From Rhopilema esculentum (lineage: Eukaryota), in NCBI RefSeq assembly GCF_013076305.1, contig NW_027019317.1:14431651-14495650 (forward strand): a stretch of 64,000 nucleotides of DNA. The letters are read 5' to 3'. Positions 35,757-49,009 of this stretch are shown in pieces. The position numbers and the translations under genes were made by a program. Numbering within the stretch: position 1 is the stretch's first letter; each line of letters begins with the position of its first letter. Under the pieces are notes generated by a model. The model made no database searches. It saw only the letters and a list, made by a program, of their open reading frames with translations, and was not told where the DNA came from.

Positions 35757-38661
35757 CTTAAATGAAAAAGTTGAAAACAATACATCAATTCACAATGCAC
35801 AAATATAACCAAGGGCGCCATGGCTACAGCTCTCCACTAGCGCAACAAATTTGTCGAAATAATTCAGAAAGTTTGCTACGTTGCCATAAATTTTAACAAA
35901 AATATAAATTGCCTTGGTCCGAGCAAGAAATTAGCCTCCAATGCACCCCTGGCGCTCTGATGATGAAGAATCAGACAATGTATGTAGTGTTACTCAAGGG
36001 CAAAGTGTTGTCTGACAAAACATACAGTGGTTTGTTATCATCGCATTAAATAGATGGTTTGTTACCATCTGCGTGAAATTCTGCTTGAAATTCAAGGTAC
36101 TAACGTAAAACCGACCTGTTCTACAAATCAAAGTGAGCCCCACCCTATCCGTGCAAAATCAAGACTGTACAATCGGCATCGTTATAGTCGTTAGTACGAA
36201 TGCCTTACCCATATAACAAAAAATAGACTTTTGAGATTTTACAAGGGGGAATACGGCTAGTCATTAGTCAGGTGATAAAGGACTTTGTCAGTCACTAGTC
36301 AAGGTTTTTGGTGCAAGTTAGTCAAAATTTCTTTGTAGCACAATTTCTTTTAGTTTTAACGTGGTTTCATAGTTGTATATACCAAAAGATTCTTAGGAGT
36401 TTTTTACTGAATAGACCAATTCGACTTACGGCCTCGTTTTGAAAAAAACTTCAAAAATTGTTAACCTCAGATTCGGATTAAGAGCAATGATTTAAAGCCT
36501 GATTTACACGAGACGAATTTTTCGCGCGAAGCGAATTTTTCGCCACGAATTTTTCGCCTGCGAATTCTTTGGGAATTCGAAGTTTAATTTCCACTGGCAG
36601 AATTTCTTTTGCGAATTCGCCGCGAATAATGCAAAAGAAAATGGCGTCTGTTCGAAGATTGTTGTTATTAAAAAAAGCGAGCAAAAAAGCAAAGAAAGGG
36701 GTACTTGGTTCGAAAAATTTATTCAGAACGTCTACAGAAGGGGGAGTTTCATCTTTTGGTAAATGACTTACGCTTACATTGTCAGGAATAATTACTTTCG
36801 AATGTCGCCAACTACATATGAGGAGCTTTTAACCTTTTATTGCACCAAAGACGCCTGTTGCTAGAAACGTCCCATTCCATTGTTTATGTTATAGGTGCGG
36901 GATTTTCCCAGCATTGTTTAGGCCTAGTCATAGGATACTCATTCTTCACCCATGTTGTTGTTTGAACCATTGCGTAGTTTTCTGTCGTTTTGCATACTTT
37001 TGATTTAGATATGTTTACATTGCATAGCACCATTCGGCCTAGCCCTTTCTTTCCCATTGGTTCACTAGTTGGGTTCGTGTCAGATGTCTTCAATTGCTGT
37101 TCTGATTGGTTTATTTTAAAAGGCGAAAAAATTCGCAGCGAAAAAGTAGGAATGGTTTCTACTTTTTCGCAGCGAATTATTCGCTGCGAATTTTCTAATG
37201 TCCACTTCTGCGCATATTTTTCGCGCATTCGCAGCGAAAAATTCGCTTCGCACGAAAAAATTCGTCTCGTGTAAATCAGGCTTAAGTCTACTTGGAAATT
37301 TTCATTATGGTATTGCTCACGATATTGATTTTTTGACGACATAAAGATAAAAAGTTTATAAGAGATTTGGCCGTGATTGGCGACTAGGTGGGTAAAGTTT
37401 CACCCGGAATGATTTTTGCGGTCAAATCCTTTGCGATCAAACAAAATGAAAAATTGTATCCAGCCTAAATCTATTGTGATAAAACCAAATCTGAGCTAAA
37501 AAAAGTTGCGTCGCATAATTAAATTTGGAGAAATTTTCAAAAACGTGGCCGTAAGTCGAATTGGTCTATTGTGATATAAAATATTCTGTCACAGGACGTT
37601 TGGAAATTGTTATCATACGTAGCGCAGATTTTACTTTTTGAGGATATTTGACGGCCAAAAGAAAAAGCAATATCATTCAAGAGTGAAAACATAGGGAAAA
37701 CATAAAGAGAAAACATATTGCGCAATGAAAATTGGAAAATCTCTTTCAAAACTCTTCCCTTAAATTACCAGTTAATAAGCAGAAGCTATAGGCCATAACA
37801 ATGACGGCAAACATTTGGGTTCAAACCCCTCCCCCATCTCATCGTCTCGATGAACCCCAATTTGTAAGCGTCTCGATGAACAATAGCCAACACATAGACA
37901 ATATGGGCTAGCTACAACCATTTTGATTGGAAAGCAAATGGATGGTTGATTTCCCTCCTGCTCTTAGTTGTTTTTGGGCAAACACAAGCTCATCTTTGCT
38001 CCTTTTGTGACCTGATGATAATACTTATTTGTCAAGTAGAAATGATTCTCTCTCAGCTCAAGTGCACACAGTCAGAAATTTTGAATATATGAGAATACAT
38101 GTGGCACTCGAGATTATTCACACTATTCAATAAAAGTAAGTCAATAAAAAAACATGGCTTTGGCTTGGCTTTTACAAATAATTAGTCAGTCAGTTGGCAA
38201 AACAGTCTGTTAGTCACCTACTACATCGTCGAAACCCCTTCTACACCCTCACCTTGGGAAGGTCTAATTTAATAACATATAACAGCTCAAAACTGTTAAT
38301 TGCGATAATTCTTCAGAATCTGCAGAAACTATTCCCTTTTGCTTCGTTAGCTATGACAAAAGGAGAGGGTATACCAAAATACAGCCAGTCATGATTTTCA
38401 TGTTGCCTTGCTATAGGTGGACATGAGATTGATCACATGAAGTTGCCTCGATTTGATTCTGAAAACAGGTTTCGTCAAAGGTCAGTTGTAAACAATGGCC
38501 TTCGAGATCACATTAGATCACATGGAACTAAAATCATCACACTGAAAGCTAAGGAAACCTGGCACGGCAGAGGACCTTTTTTACCTTGACAACGTTAGCT
38601 TCAGATAATCACCTGCAACATTTAATATTCTTCTTCACAGTTAGCAAATAGGCTGTTTTAC

Positions 38662-38772
38662 CTTGATGAGCTTCTTCTGTCCCATTTGAGGCTTGCCATC
38701 CTTTCCTACAGGGTCCATGATAACACAGTACTGTCTGTTGTTCAACGTTGTGATCTTGACCACATCAACAAC
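38662..38772 (-). CDS. MVP: Major vault protein exon 7
   Basis: [37 protein letters not shown] matches MVP ([36 protein letters not shown]). The acceptor is attattAG| and the donor is |GTAAAA. Confidence 0.85.
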
Positions 38773-38921
38773 CTAATAATTGGAAAACTGCATTGAGTTT
38801 GAATACCATTTTGGGTCTCACTTTAGTCCTAATATTAAAATAAAAAACCCGAAACATATGGGCTATTCCTTCTTAGCTCCTGCCTTTTAAAAAGATAAAC
38901 ATTTGAAAATTAGGCAAGGAC

Positions 38922-39047
38922 CTCTTCGTAGATGCCAGGTATGTGCGCCTCAGTGTCTTGAAAAGTAATTAACCATTCTTCGCCGTTTTTACGAACATTG
39001 CCACGATCATCTGTGAAGGTTCTTGTGGAGCGCATATGAAGCGCCTT
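38922..39047 (-). CDS. MVP: Major vault protein exon 6
   Basis: [42 protein letters not shown] matches MVP ([42 protein letters not shown]). The acceptor is tgtattctAG|. The donor |GTCCTT is weak, so the exact 3' boundary could shift by a few nt. Confidence 0.75.
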
Positions 39048-39947
39048 CTAGAATACAAAAGAGTAAACTACCATCAGGTTTGACAAACAGCAAGTCTTTG
39101 TTTACAGATAAAGAAAAGTTGACTAAGGCCTAGATTAAAGAAGGAGCCAGTCATCTGACAATCCTCATTATGATAAGCTGACACTGGGAAGACTGAATCC
39201 CGAGGTTGGCACAGCCTAAAACATCAAACTAAATAGGTCATTACATTTTGAAATATTACACGAAGCATTAGAAATTTACGCGGTTTTTTGTTTGAATAAT
39301 GATTACACTGTGTGGTTTAGTTATGGGGTAGTTTCATTTACTACTCAAAAACATGTCATTCTGTTTGTGCACGCCCAGCCTAATTTTAAGAAAGAAAATC
39401 AGAAATGTTTCTCACTTGCTTAATCAAATGAAATTTTGTTCCTCTCATGCGCTTAAGGTATGAAGTAGGTTGGGCACATGATAGGCTCAGTGTTTGATCC
39501 AGGTCTAATAATTTGTGATTGTTGCCTAATATCAATATTGGTTGCAGCTAGGTGTTTGATATAAGAATGAATCATGATATGGAATTTGTTAATCCCACTA
39601 ATGTGAAAGAGCTATTAAAACATGAAATGATGGGCGATTCCATTCTGATACTGGAAGCCAGTTGCAATCAGAATGAATGATGATATGCAATTTCTATATA
39701 GCACTGATATGAAAGTGCTTTCAAAATGTGAAATGATAGCACTGATATGAAAGGATTCACTTCACAACAGTAACATCATATGTAAATTGAGTGATTTTGC
39801 ACATTTATTTCAGCTCAAAATTCACATGAACGTGCAGATATAACCATACACAAATGAATTTTGGAAAATTAATAATGTAAAATTTTTTTTTCTGTATATC
39901 GAAAATACAAAAAATGCTAAAAAAATAATAGGTGATAGAGAAAGTAC

Positions 39948-40070
39948 CTTTTCTGTTAATACTGTAGCCTTGACAATATCAACAACTTCTTCATAGGCAC
40001 CTGGGAGGTATGCGCCCACCTTTTTCACAAGCCATTCCTCACCAGTCACTCGAAAATTGCCATTGCGATC
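39948..40070 (-). CDS. MVP: Major vault protein exon 5
   Basis: [41 protein letters not shown] matches MVP ([41 protein letters not shown]). The acceptor is aatcatttcAG| and the donor is |GTACTT. Confidence 0.85.
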
Positions 40071-40249
40071 CTGAAATGATTTTGCAAAGCAGTTATTTTT
40101 CTATCCATCTACTTTCCCTACTATCTACATTAATCCTGCATCTATCTTTTAAAATGATACTTGCTGGTGGCTGAACACAACTTTGTAAGCTGCTTGACAG
40201 CATTAAGTAAATATGCTTGACAATCATCAAAATTTTAGCTAAATCACAC

Positions 40250-40353
40250 CTTAGTTTCTCCTCTGGCCCTCAATTTCAAGGCCTGGTTTGGCTTTATTAC
40301 TGTGGCTCTGATAGTCTCCAAGACCTCAACCTCTTTTCTTGGAATGTATGTTC
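40250..40353 (-). CDS. MVP: Major vault protein exon 4
   Basis: (G)[34 protein letters not shown] matches MVP ([33 protein letters not shown]). The acceptor is cttcttcctAG| and the donor is |GTGTGA. Confidence 0.85.
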
Positions 40354-41043
40354 CTAGGAAGAAGTTTACATGAAGAAGACTGAAGTTATTTATGAATGCC
40401 AAATAAATGAAAATGACAATGAAGAAAGACATTGCAATACAATTACCTGGAAACAGGTTATAAAAACAATAGCAAAACGGATCTAGTGGCATTATTTTCT
40501 ATACCAATTTTGAATGACAGAGCGTAATTTATATAGCTTACAAAATAACTACCATGAAGCTATTATAAAATTTTCGATCTCTTGACTAAAGAGATCTTCT
40601 TGGCTAAAGAGAGTGGGTGGTTATTGTAAAACTTTATAATTGAGCGTATTGGATAGGGGTTTAAAAACGAGTGAGGGCTAAATAGAGCTTTCAGGGTGCA
40701 TTGGATTTCTATTTATCAAATTGGTAAGGTAACAATTGGCAGGCAAGAGAAGATGGTTCTAGAAAAGACTCTCTTGGCAGTATAGGAAAATCAAACCATT
40801 TGACTAAAAAGACAGTTCACAAAACCCAACATCTTGTTGAAAGGTTAACAAAGAAAATGAGAAAACAAAGTTTGAAACTGATTCTAGATAAGTTAGAATA
40901 GATATTGGATTGCCTCATGTTGTTTTGCTGTTTTCCTACCTTTCCTCATTCATAGTACAAGTGCCTTGTCTGAGGGTGCTGTCAAACCAAGACATTTGAA
41001 TGAAAATAAAAACTGAATGGCAAAGAGATATGGTATTATGTAC

Positions 41044-41224
41044 CTGGTCCTTCGAACAAGTATTCATCTCCAGCCACTTTCTTTTCACCGCTTTGATCCT
41101 CAAAGTCAAGAACAGCCCTCAGACGGAGGGCTGAGTTGGCAGGAACAACTCTAAGAGATGTTGGTGGTTGTTTGAGTTCTTCGCCAGGGTAGAGAGGGAA
41201 AGGGTCTTGGGCAAGACGGACATC
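41044..41224 (-). CDS. MVP: Major vault protein exon 3
   Basis: [19 protein letters not shown]...[12 protein letters not shown](G) matches MVP ([15 protein letters not shown]...VVAGDEWLFEGPG). The acceptor is tttttgttAG| and the donor is |GTACAT; the exon ends in phase 1. Confidence 0.85.
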
Positions 41225-41280
41225 CTAACAAAAAGATCAAATGACTGTTTGGTATATATCATTCAAAGGATAGATTATAG

Positions 41281-41466
41281 CAGTGGTGGCGCCAGGGGAG
41301 GGCTAGAGGGGGCTACAGCCCCTCTGTTGGAAGCATCTAGCCCCCCCCTCCCCCCATCGGAGCAAATTTGACAAAATAACATATGGAAATTGCTTATTTT
41401 AGTCATTTTAGCCCCCCTGTCGGAAGCTCCAACCCCTCTGTCGGAAGATTTCTGGTGGCACCTCTG
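41281..41466. mobile_element. 186-bp hAT-type MITE inside MVP intron 2
   Basis: The TIRs are CAGTGGTGGCGCCAGG and CCAGAGGTGCCACCAG (about 12 of 16 matching, CAG-terminal). The flanking 8-bp TSDs are GATTATAG and GATTATAT, matching at 7 of 8. Internally there are C-rich blocks and the repeated motif ctgtcggaag. Confidence 0.55.
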
Positions 41467-41779
41467 GATTATATAACAGAAATTTTTTTTAAAAAACTGG
41501 GCTTCTGAGTAAACATTAAACTGTACTATTAAATCACTTTTTCTAGTGCTGGTAAAAAATGAAATCAAACACACAGTAAATGGATAAGTGCAGCAAAAGC
41601 CAAAGCAAGTGCTCTAATAAATGGCACAAACACTGCACAAGTATATTCTGATGCTCTTCTCAAAGATGCCTCTCTCATAAGGGCCTTTTTTCTCAGATGA
41701 AAATGGGCCTTCCAGCAAAAATAAATAAAGGCATGAATTTGGTGAAGTACTTTTAAAAAATAGTTAAAGAAAAACTCAC

Positions 41780-41917
41780 AAGATCAGCATGTTTCAATTT
41801 AACCTGGCCGTGCTCATCAAGGATAACTTTGCCAGTTTTGTCCTTCAATACTGGATTTTCAACAATGCAGTAGTGTCTTGGAGGTATGGTTATCATCTTT
41901 TCTGGGCCAAAAACAAC
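41780..41917 (-). CDS. MVP: Major vault protein exon 2
   Basis: VVFGPEKMITIPPRHYCIVENPVLKDKTGKVILDEHGQVKLKHADL matches MVP (VLFAPMRMVTVPPRHYC...VRLRHADL). The acceptor is cgttacAG| and the donor is |GTGAGT; the exon is phase 0 at both ends. Confidence 0.85.
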
Positions 41918-42523
41918 CTGTAACGTAGTTGTAGATTAGTCAGTGAACATTGGAAGCAATGACAACATGATTAATGGAGAAAATTAATGTGATTTTATGT
42001 AGGCCAAAAACTGGCAAAAGTTGAGAAACAGACTAAAAATTTAAAGATTTTTCTGGAAATTTCAGTAATTATAAAATAAAACTTTTTTCAGAATATATAT
42101 ATCAATTCACAAATAGACAGTTGTGTTTATTTGACATTTCAAGTATTTATAATGAAATATACTAATATTGATAACTGTTCATTTACAATTTGGCAATTTC
42201 TTAATTTTTATCATTAAAAACATAAAAGCATCCTTCAAACAACACATAATTACACAGGAAATTATCTGACATGTCCCAAATACTGCAAGTCACATTTATA
42301 GCCACTATGTCAAGTAGCCCTAAACAAACAATTTGTGTGAGTCAGCCTAACCAAGAAAATATAGTATATTTCAATGGGCAGCTAGTTTGATTTTCTCCTT
42401 TCATGCTTCAGAAAATGCACTGTACATTTTTAAAATAACCTTGAAAATAGCAGTTTCTTTTAAGAATGAAATTGTTACTATGCAAACTTGGTCCTACATC
42501 TTCTAAATCAAAACTCCACATAC

Positions 42524-42673
42524 CTTTTCATTGTCTTGCCTGACATAGGTTTTTGGGCCAACTTCAACCCTTGTAACATTACTATTTTGATCAAGCACAT
42601 GGAGATAAAAATAAGGTGCAATGCGGAACAGACTGTCATCTGGTTGTGCACCTTTTGAGTTTCTCTTATCCAT
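42524..42673 (-). CDS. MVP: Major vault protein, coding exon 1 (start codon at 42671-42673 on minus strand)
   Basis: Translation [50 protein letters not shown] matches the MVP N-terminus (human [42 protein letters not shown]). A stop codon lies in frame upstream. The donor AAG|GTATGT follows the exon. Confidence 0.85.
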
Positions 42674-43814
42674 CTTGACTTCAATCCAATTTTAGCCAAC
42701 CTAAAAAATTGCATAAAATATATTATATAAAAATAGCTCACATTTAACTTTTTTCTTGTCACAGATCTGAGAAATCTTACACTCTGTGGATTCTAAATCA
42801 CTTCTTCAAATAGCAAGGAACATAACAAAGATGGGGACATATTTTAAACTTCTGCTTCAAAAGTAGGGGGGGGGGGGGTTATAGAGGATCTCCATAAAGT
42901 GGCTGGCTAAACAGAGCTTTTACAGTATAAAAACTTTTCTTCTGACATTCCTCAGAGTAAAAAATGCCAGAATAAGGATTCGAAATGCGAAGTGAGAAAA
43001 GATATCTAGTTGTGAATCAAATAATCAGAAACTTGGCCTAAAAGTAAGTTGAAAAGAAAATTCATCACAGTGATGCAATAATGACGAACGTGGGTATAAC
43101 AGGGTAATAGGCTTCGAATACTGGATTCTGGATCCTTTTCATTTCAACTGGATTCTCCAAAACATAAAAATGAACAAAACCATTTGAAGTTTATGTAAAA
43201 ATTTATCTCGAAGAATGTTTGCTTACGCTGCAGTTTTCACGTTTGCTACCAATAGTAGGTACCCACCTTTCATCAACCTAATGGTAGTTTTATTTTAATA
43301 TTTTAACGAGTTTTCTGTCAGACAGGCTGCAAAAGGATGACGAGTTTAATACACAGCATAACCTACAATCGGCAGGGACTTCATGCCGAATGAAATGGCT
43401 GTCAGTTGCACGACGAAACAATTTTACCAGCCAGTACGTGCTTTTGGGGGCCTAAAAGGGTGGATGAGGAATTTACTTATATTGATACAGCATATCACAA
43501 AAATCTTTGAACTAAAAATATAGAAAATGTATGCGAAAAGTACTGCTTACCTCAAGATTACCCTCAACTTGTGCAGATTTCAGCAAGGAAGAATCCAGTG
43601 GGCTTTGGTAGGCGGAAGGTCGCTTGGTTTCATGCTGCGCGAACCTGATTGGCTGAAAATGATGTAATTGTTGCATTGGTAGGCCGAAATTATAAATAAG
43701 CCTCGCTTCAGCAGCGAGGCCCCCATAAGGCGAGCAAAAAAAAAGACAATTTTGCAAGGGAACATTTTGCGAGTCCTTTTTGCATTTCACTTGATTTCTT
43801 CTGTTCACACACTA

Positions 43815-44197
43815 CACTCTTTTTTTATAAGAACAATTTTATAAGAACACGAGCCTCAAAACTGTTCAAAAGTTAAGAACAAATTAAGAACAAGCTGAGG
43901 CTGAGCTTCTTCAAAATGCAATTTTGAACAACGTTTTTTCTCAAAATCGAGGATTTTAAGCGATGTGTGGGTGCTTTTTCGGTGAATATTCAAATTTTTC
44001 AGCAAATTAAGGCTGTCTCACTCACTTTGTTGGCAAATGAGGCCTGAACATCCCTTAGAGCGAAAAAGCTAGCAATAGCACTGCTTACGCCCTCTTAATT
44101 TAAGAACAAATTAAGAACGATCCTGCCTCAGATTTTCGAAAAACTTAAGAACAGTCAGCCTGAACTGAAATTTACTGGTTCTTATAAAAAAAGAGTG
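43815..44197 (-). mobile_element. Second full-length copy (383 bp, opposite orientation) of the same Tc1/mariner-type MITE family
   Basis: This copy has the same TIRs and internal sequence as the copy at 11014-11396 and is flanked by TA at 43813-14 and 44198-99. It sits about 1.1 kb upstream of the MVP start codon. Confidence 0.75.
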
Positions 44198-47100
44198 TAT
44201 GTGTTTCGCCCCGCAGTCTTTCAATTAAGGGTGAGCTGACACGCAAAATTAAATTGACCTCAAATGAAAGCATATCGAGCATAAATACCTGATACATTAT
44301 AATTTTTTTTATATTCAACACAGTTTTCGCGTTTTCGAGCTTCAAAGATAGCCACTGAACATTTTCCGAGCACGGACGAGTTTGCCCGAGCCTTCTGCAT
44401 AATCGTGATGTCATAAATGCCATGTTCACATCTGTAACGACACAGGGTTCCCTTACGGACAGTATCACGTGACAATTGCACCATTGCGCTGTGATTGCAT
44501 CAGCGTCTGTAAATATGTTTTTTGTATTACGTAATTATTATTTTAAGGTTTGCTTAGGTTATATAAAGGGTTGTTTCTTAAGTTAGGAGTAGTCTTGTCG
44601 AAAGTTTTGTCGTGCCTGTGGAAGCCGTGTCGTTATTTGTCGAGCTTGTTGTTAGCCGTTAGTCGTATCATTGCCATAAAAAGAAGAATTTTGATCTTAT
44701 CTGCCGTTGCCGTATTTTTTGAGAATTTCTGCCTACAAAGAACTCACGTTTGTAAAACCCCCATTTTAAGAGGTTTTACACATCACTTGAGTAACACGAC
44801 AGTCTGGAAGGCCGTACTTTTATGACTTTGCGGAAGAGCATCGATACATTAATTGTGTAGGTTTTGGCTCCATTTCGACAACCTGATTGGAAAACAGATT
44901 ATGACTCCTTTACAAACCTTTCATAATAAGATTTTGAAAGAATATCGTATTATTCAGCGGGTTTAAGGCCCTTCCTCCGTCTTGCAGGACCCAGTGTGTG
45001 CCGGGCCAACATATCATATAATGGTAGCGATAAATATATTGGCAAAATTTTTTTATTTTCTGGAAACCTAAGTGAAATACTATTATTTTGTTAAATACGG
45101 CTCCTGTTAGACTTATTTATCAGGCCTGCCCCCCCCCCCTTAAAAAAGCTGATATCGGTCTTTGATCCTGATTAACTTCAATATACGCAGTAAAGATTTC
45201 GGATTTAAGTCACTAATTTTCGGCATATTCCTTATTCAATCACATGAACGATTTTTAGGGGTTAAGAACCTGGTACGAACGGGTCGTTATTTGCAGGAAA
45301 ACAACTTAGTAAAATTTTCAACTCCCAGGCCGCTGCACTTCTGTAACTTGGGTGAACCGACGAGTTGGCAAACCCAAAATAAAATAACGTTCATGATTCA
45401 TATGGATGTATAAACAATCTATCGAAGTAACGATATTTTGAATTTATTCGAAAAAGAAGCTAGATTCATGATAAAATGAAAAGATTCTCACATTCGCCAA
45501 GGGGCGATTCACTCTTGCAAATGGCGTACGAAATTTTGCCTAAAACAAAAGGATTTCTAGGGATTTTTAGAAAAAACAATAGGATTTTCATAAAAGAGTG
45601 ATTTGCCCCTCGACATTCGCCACATTCAACAGCATGATTGCCTTCAGAACAGAGAAATTCTTCGAGCAGCTAAAAGCGCCTATTCCTTCCAAACTTAAAT
45701 TCCTTCCTAACATAACCCAGTGCCAGCCAAAACATATCCTTCTTACATTTCATTAGCCTCAAACTTTCATGTATCTTGGATCGAAGGCTACGCAGATCTC
45801 CTCGAATATTAACTGAACAAGATGAACTGAACTGTCCAGTCCGTGCGTGATTTCCATGGGGTAAAAGCATGGTGTTTGTAAAAACAGGCACTGAGTCGCA
45901 TGAAATGCCGATAATGGTCGAATACTCGACGATAATTTCACGACATCAAGATTATCGCGAATGGATATAAACAAATTTTGATATCCTTTCGCGGTAATCG
46001 TGATCCGATGACGTCAATCGTTTTGTTCAAAATAATGTGAAGAATTTTTGAAGAGAAAGGAGTGTCCAAGGCACTGTGTCCAAGGAAATGTTGAAAAACT
46101 GTCATTTTAGTTATTCGGTAGGTTTTGTGCGTTTTGTTTAGGATATCGCATCAAACATTCTGATTTCAAAATGGAAAATGAGAAATTGCAATTCTACGAG
46201 AAACTTTTTGAAGCTGTGAGAAAATATCTGTAATGAAATTCACGGTCGTTCAGTCGTAGCTCTTGATATTTGCTAAATGTTTTATTTTTGCAAATACCTC
46301 TGACCCAGAACCATCTCTTATTTCTCTCTCAATTTTTTGCCTTTTCTCTTATCTGTCTACGTGTTGAATATGTGTTGTTGAATACATATATTTCACTACC
46401 CGGTCCCAGTTGAAAGTTGATAGCAATAAAGTCGGTCCCGATCTAGCCATCTGCTTAGTATTTCTGTCTATCACACCCAAAGCTGGTCCCAAATCTGCTG
46501 GTACCATAATAATAATATAATATAAATAATAATTAATTTGTTTAAAGTTGCCGTATTAAATGAACGGCTGATAGCTGTATTGCAGTAAAGTAAGGCATAT
46601 AGTGGGGCATTTTCTAGGAAGGGCTAATCACCGAAAAATGACAGGGGACAGAATCGGTCCAGACAAAAGGACTTTGGAAAAAAACTCCGACAACAATAAC
46701 TTTTTCGCCATATGTACAAGCTTTATCTTGTTTCCGTGCTATGCGCGGCGTTGGATGCCCAAATTTCAAGGGGAATGCGAGAGCAGCAGTCACATTCCCT
46801 CAATAGTATCTCAATAGAAAATTTCAGGTAAAATCCGCACGGTGGAAGAAACGCTTTAGGTATTTCAGAGACCTTCCTGTCATAAAATAAATAAAGGTTC
46901 AAACAAAGGTAGTTGCTCTGTTGGTTAAATTAAATATGATATTCTTGTTGGCATTAAATCTAAAAATCCAGGCCCTCTTTAGGTAAAATTGTGCCTTATT
47001 TCCATTTCCCCCAAAGTTTCTCGAACTGCAATTCACAATGAAATCCAGATTTTTTTGAACATTCAAAAGGCATGCTAAGATGGAAAGAGTGATCCAAATT

Positions 47101-49009
47101 GACAACCAGCGTTGTTTGTTACCTAAAAGTAACTGACAACATGGTTTTTTCAAGTCCATAGCGAAATTGTACCAGTTGTTTCTAACTGCTGTTCAATTTG
47201 TTTGCAAGAAAGAATTTTCAATAGGGTTAGGAGGACTGCTTTAGTTAAATTTGCTTAAAAAGTGCATTTTCCAGGGAACTGGAAGCATCAAAATTCGAAA
47301 ATTTCCTTCTTCTTCGGCGGCAACTAGTGCCGCCTCGGGTAGTAACTATATCCTTTACCCGTTCCGATATAGAGATTTGACAAAACTATTAGGAAACTCC
47401 GTTATTATCATATAAAAATATATGTGGCGAATTATATACAGAGTTAGATTCACAAAATATATTGCAGAGGCTCGTGACAGCAACTATATAATTTCAGGCA
47501 ACAAGGCCTGCCTCGCGACGGCCCTGGAGAGCGGCCCCGACAATATCTATATCTCAAAAATCGGTCTGTCGTGGCGAAAACTCGGTCCCTTCAAAGAACA
47601 CCCCCCTAAAAAAAATTTGCATTTGCGCCTCTGCCTGTGTTCAGCCATTTTGAGTATACGACTAACGCGTCAGTAAGTACATGATCTAGCTGAGCATACT
47701 ACTGTCAGGAAATATTTTACCGTGGTAATCGTGATAATCGTGATAATCGCCTAGTGAGTGTCAGGCTTTAGAGCAAAATAGTGTCAAAACGGACAACAAT
47801 AAGTAACCGAAAATTTGAAATTAAAATTCCATGCATCGTTTTCTGCATTATATCAAAAAATAGTTTTGCGTATAGTTGTTCATTTTTCGCGATGTTTTGT
47901 CGACGTGGGATAGAGTACTTTCGAGCTGGGAAATCAGAACACGTTTGTTATTCGTTTAAACTTTATTTCACCGTCGAATCCCCTGAACATTAGCGAATAC
48001 AACCTCATACAATTCAGTGGTTCTACAAAAGATCTTTTCGCAGACTTCGCAAAAGCTTTAGACTAAAAAGAGTAGCAACATCAGATCTCAGTAACATCAG
48101 ATCTATATTTTCAGTAATTCTCAGGCTACTTAGAACCAGGAGGCAAATCATTGATTAAAATCACACACACTTTCCAAAGTAATATCTAAATAGTAATGAT
48201 TAATAGAAAATAATAACATCAATCACAAAATGATCAAATTAATCATAAAAAATAGCCACTGATAAATAATTCTGTAAATTTTATAGGGAGTGATTTGCCC
48301 CTCGCTTGGAAACAGTAAGCGTTAGATCTACAAAATTTGTTATAATTAAAGGCTTCAACACACATGTGGTACTGACTGTAAAAGATTCAATGAAATATTG
48401 GATGCCTTCAATTTATCTCAATTCGAACACATCCATGGTGTGCTAGTAGTTTGACAGTTATGAAAAAAGTCAAGCGTAAAGTCGAGATAATAAACCACGA
48501 TTAAGTGGATTTTAATAAAGATGGAAGTCAAGCAATGAAGATGGAAGATGTACTTACAATAAAGGAATCAAAGGTTGGAACATTCACTCACAAAGGCTAT
48601 AATTCTTCAGAGTTGTGAACAAATTAAGACCCCGTTTACACTGTGCTGGATAAAATTTATCCGCATAAAACTTGTTCTGATTGATTTGCTTTTACACTGT
48701 GCCGCGCAAATGTTGTCCACTTTGCCTTCCTGTTTTCACTGTGCCGGATAACTGCAGTCACATGACCTAAATAATGGACAGAAGGCCCAAAACGAAGTCT
48801 TCTCTGGGCAACAAAACAATAACAAACTTCCCGCCAACGTAAAAAGACTTCAAACTCTCTTCAGAATCTTCTGCTTCTCTTTTAGACCAAATCCAAAGAT
48901 ATTGTCAATGCAAATAAGGCCTAGTTTGTTTCAATAGTTTGTTCTTGAAACAAAATGACACTGAACTAGCAACAAAAGGAGGGAAAGCTGACAAGGATGC
49001 CAATTTTAC

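Noticed and set aside
43512-43808. 98-aa minus-strand ORF just upstream of the MVP start
   Set aside because: It lacks recognisable motifs and splice context. It more likely overlaps the MVP 5'UTR or promoter, and the GC stem-loop at 43700-43722 is the only notable element there.
46172-46233. Short ORF MENEKLQFYEKLFEAVRKYL
   Set aside because: It is too short and has no supporting context. It is possibly a TE-derived fragment.
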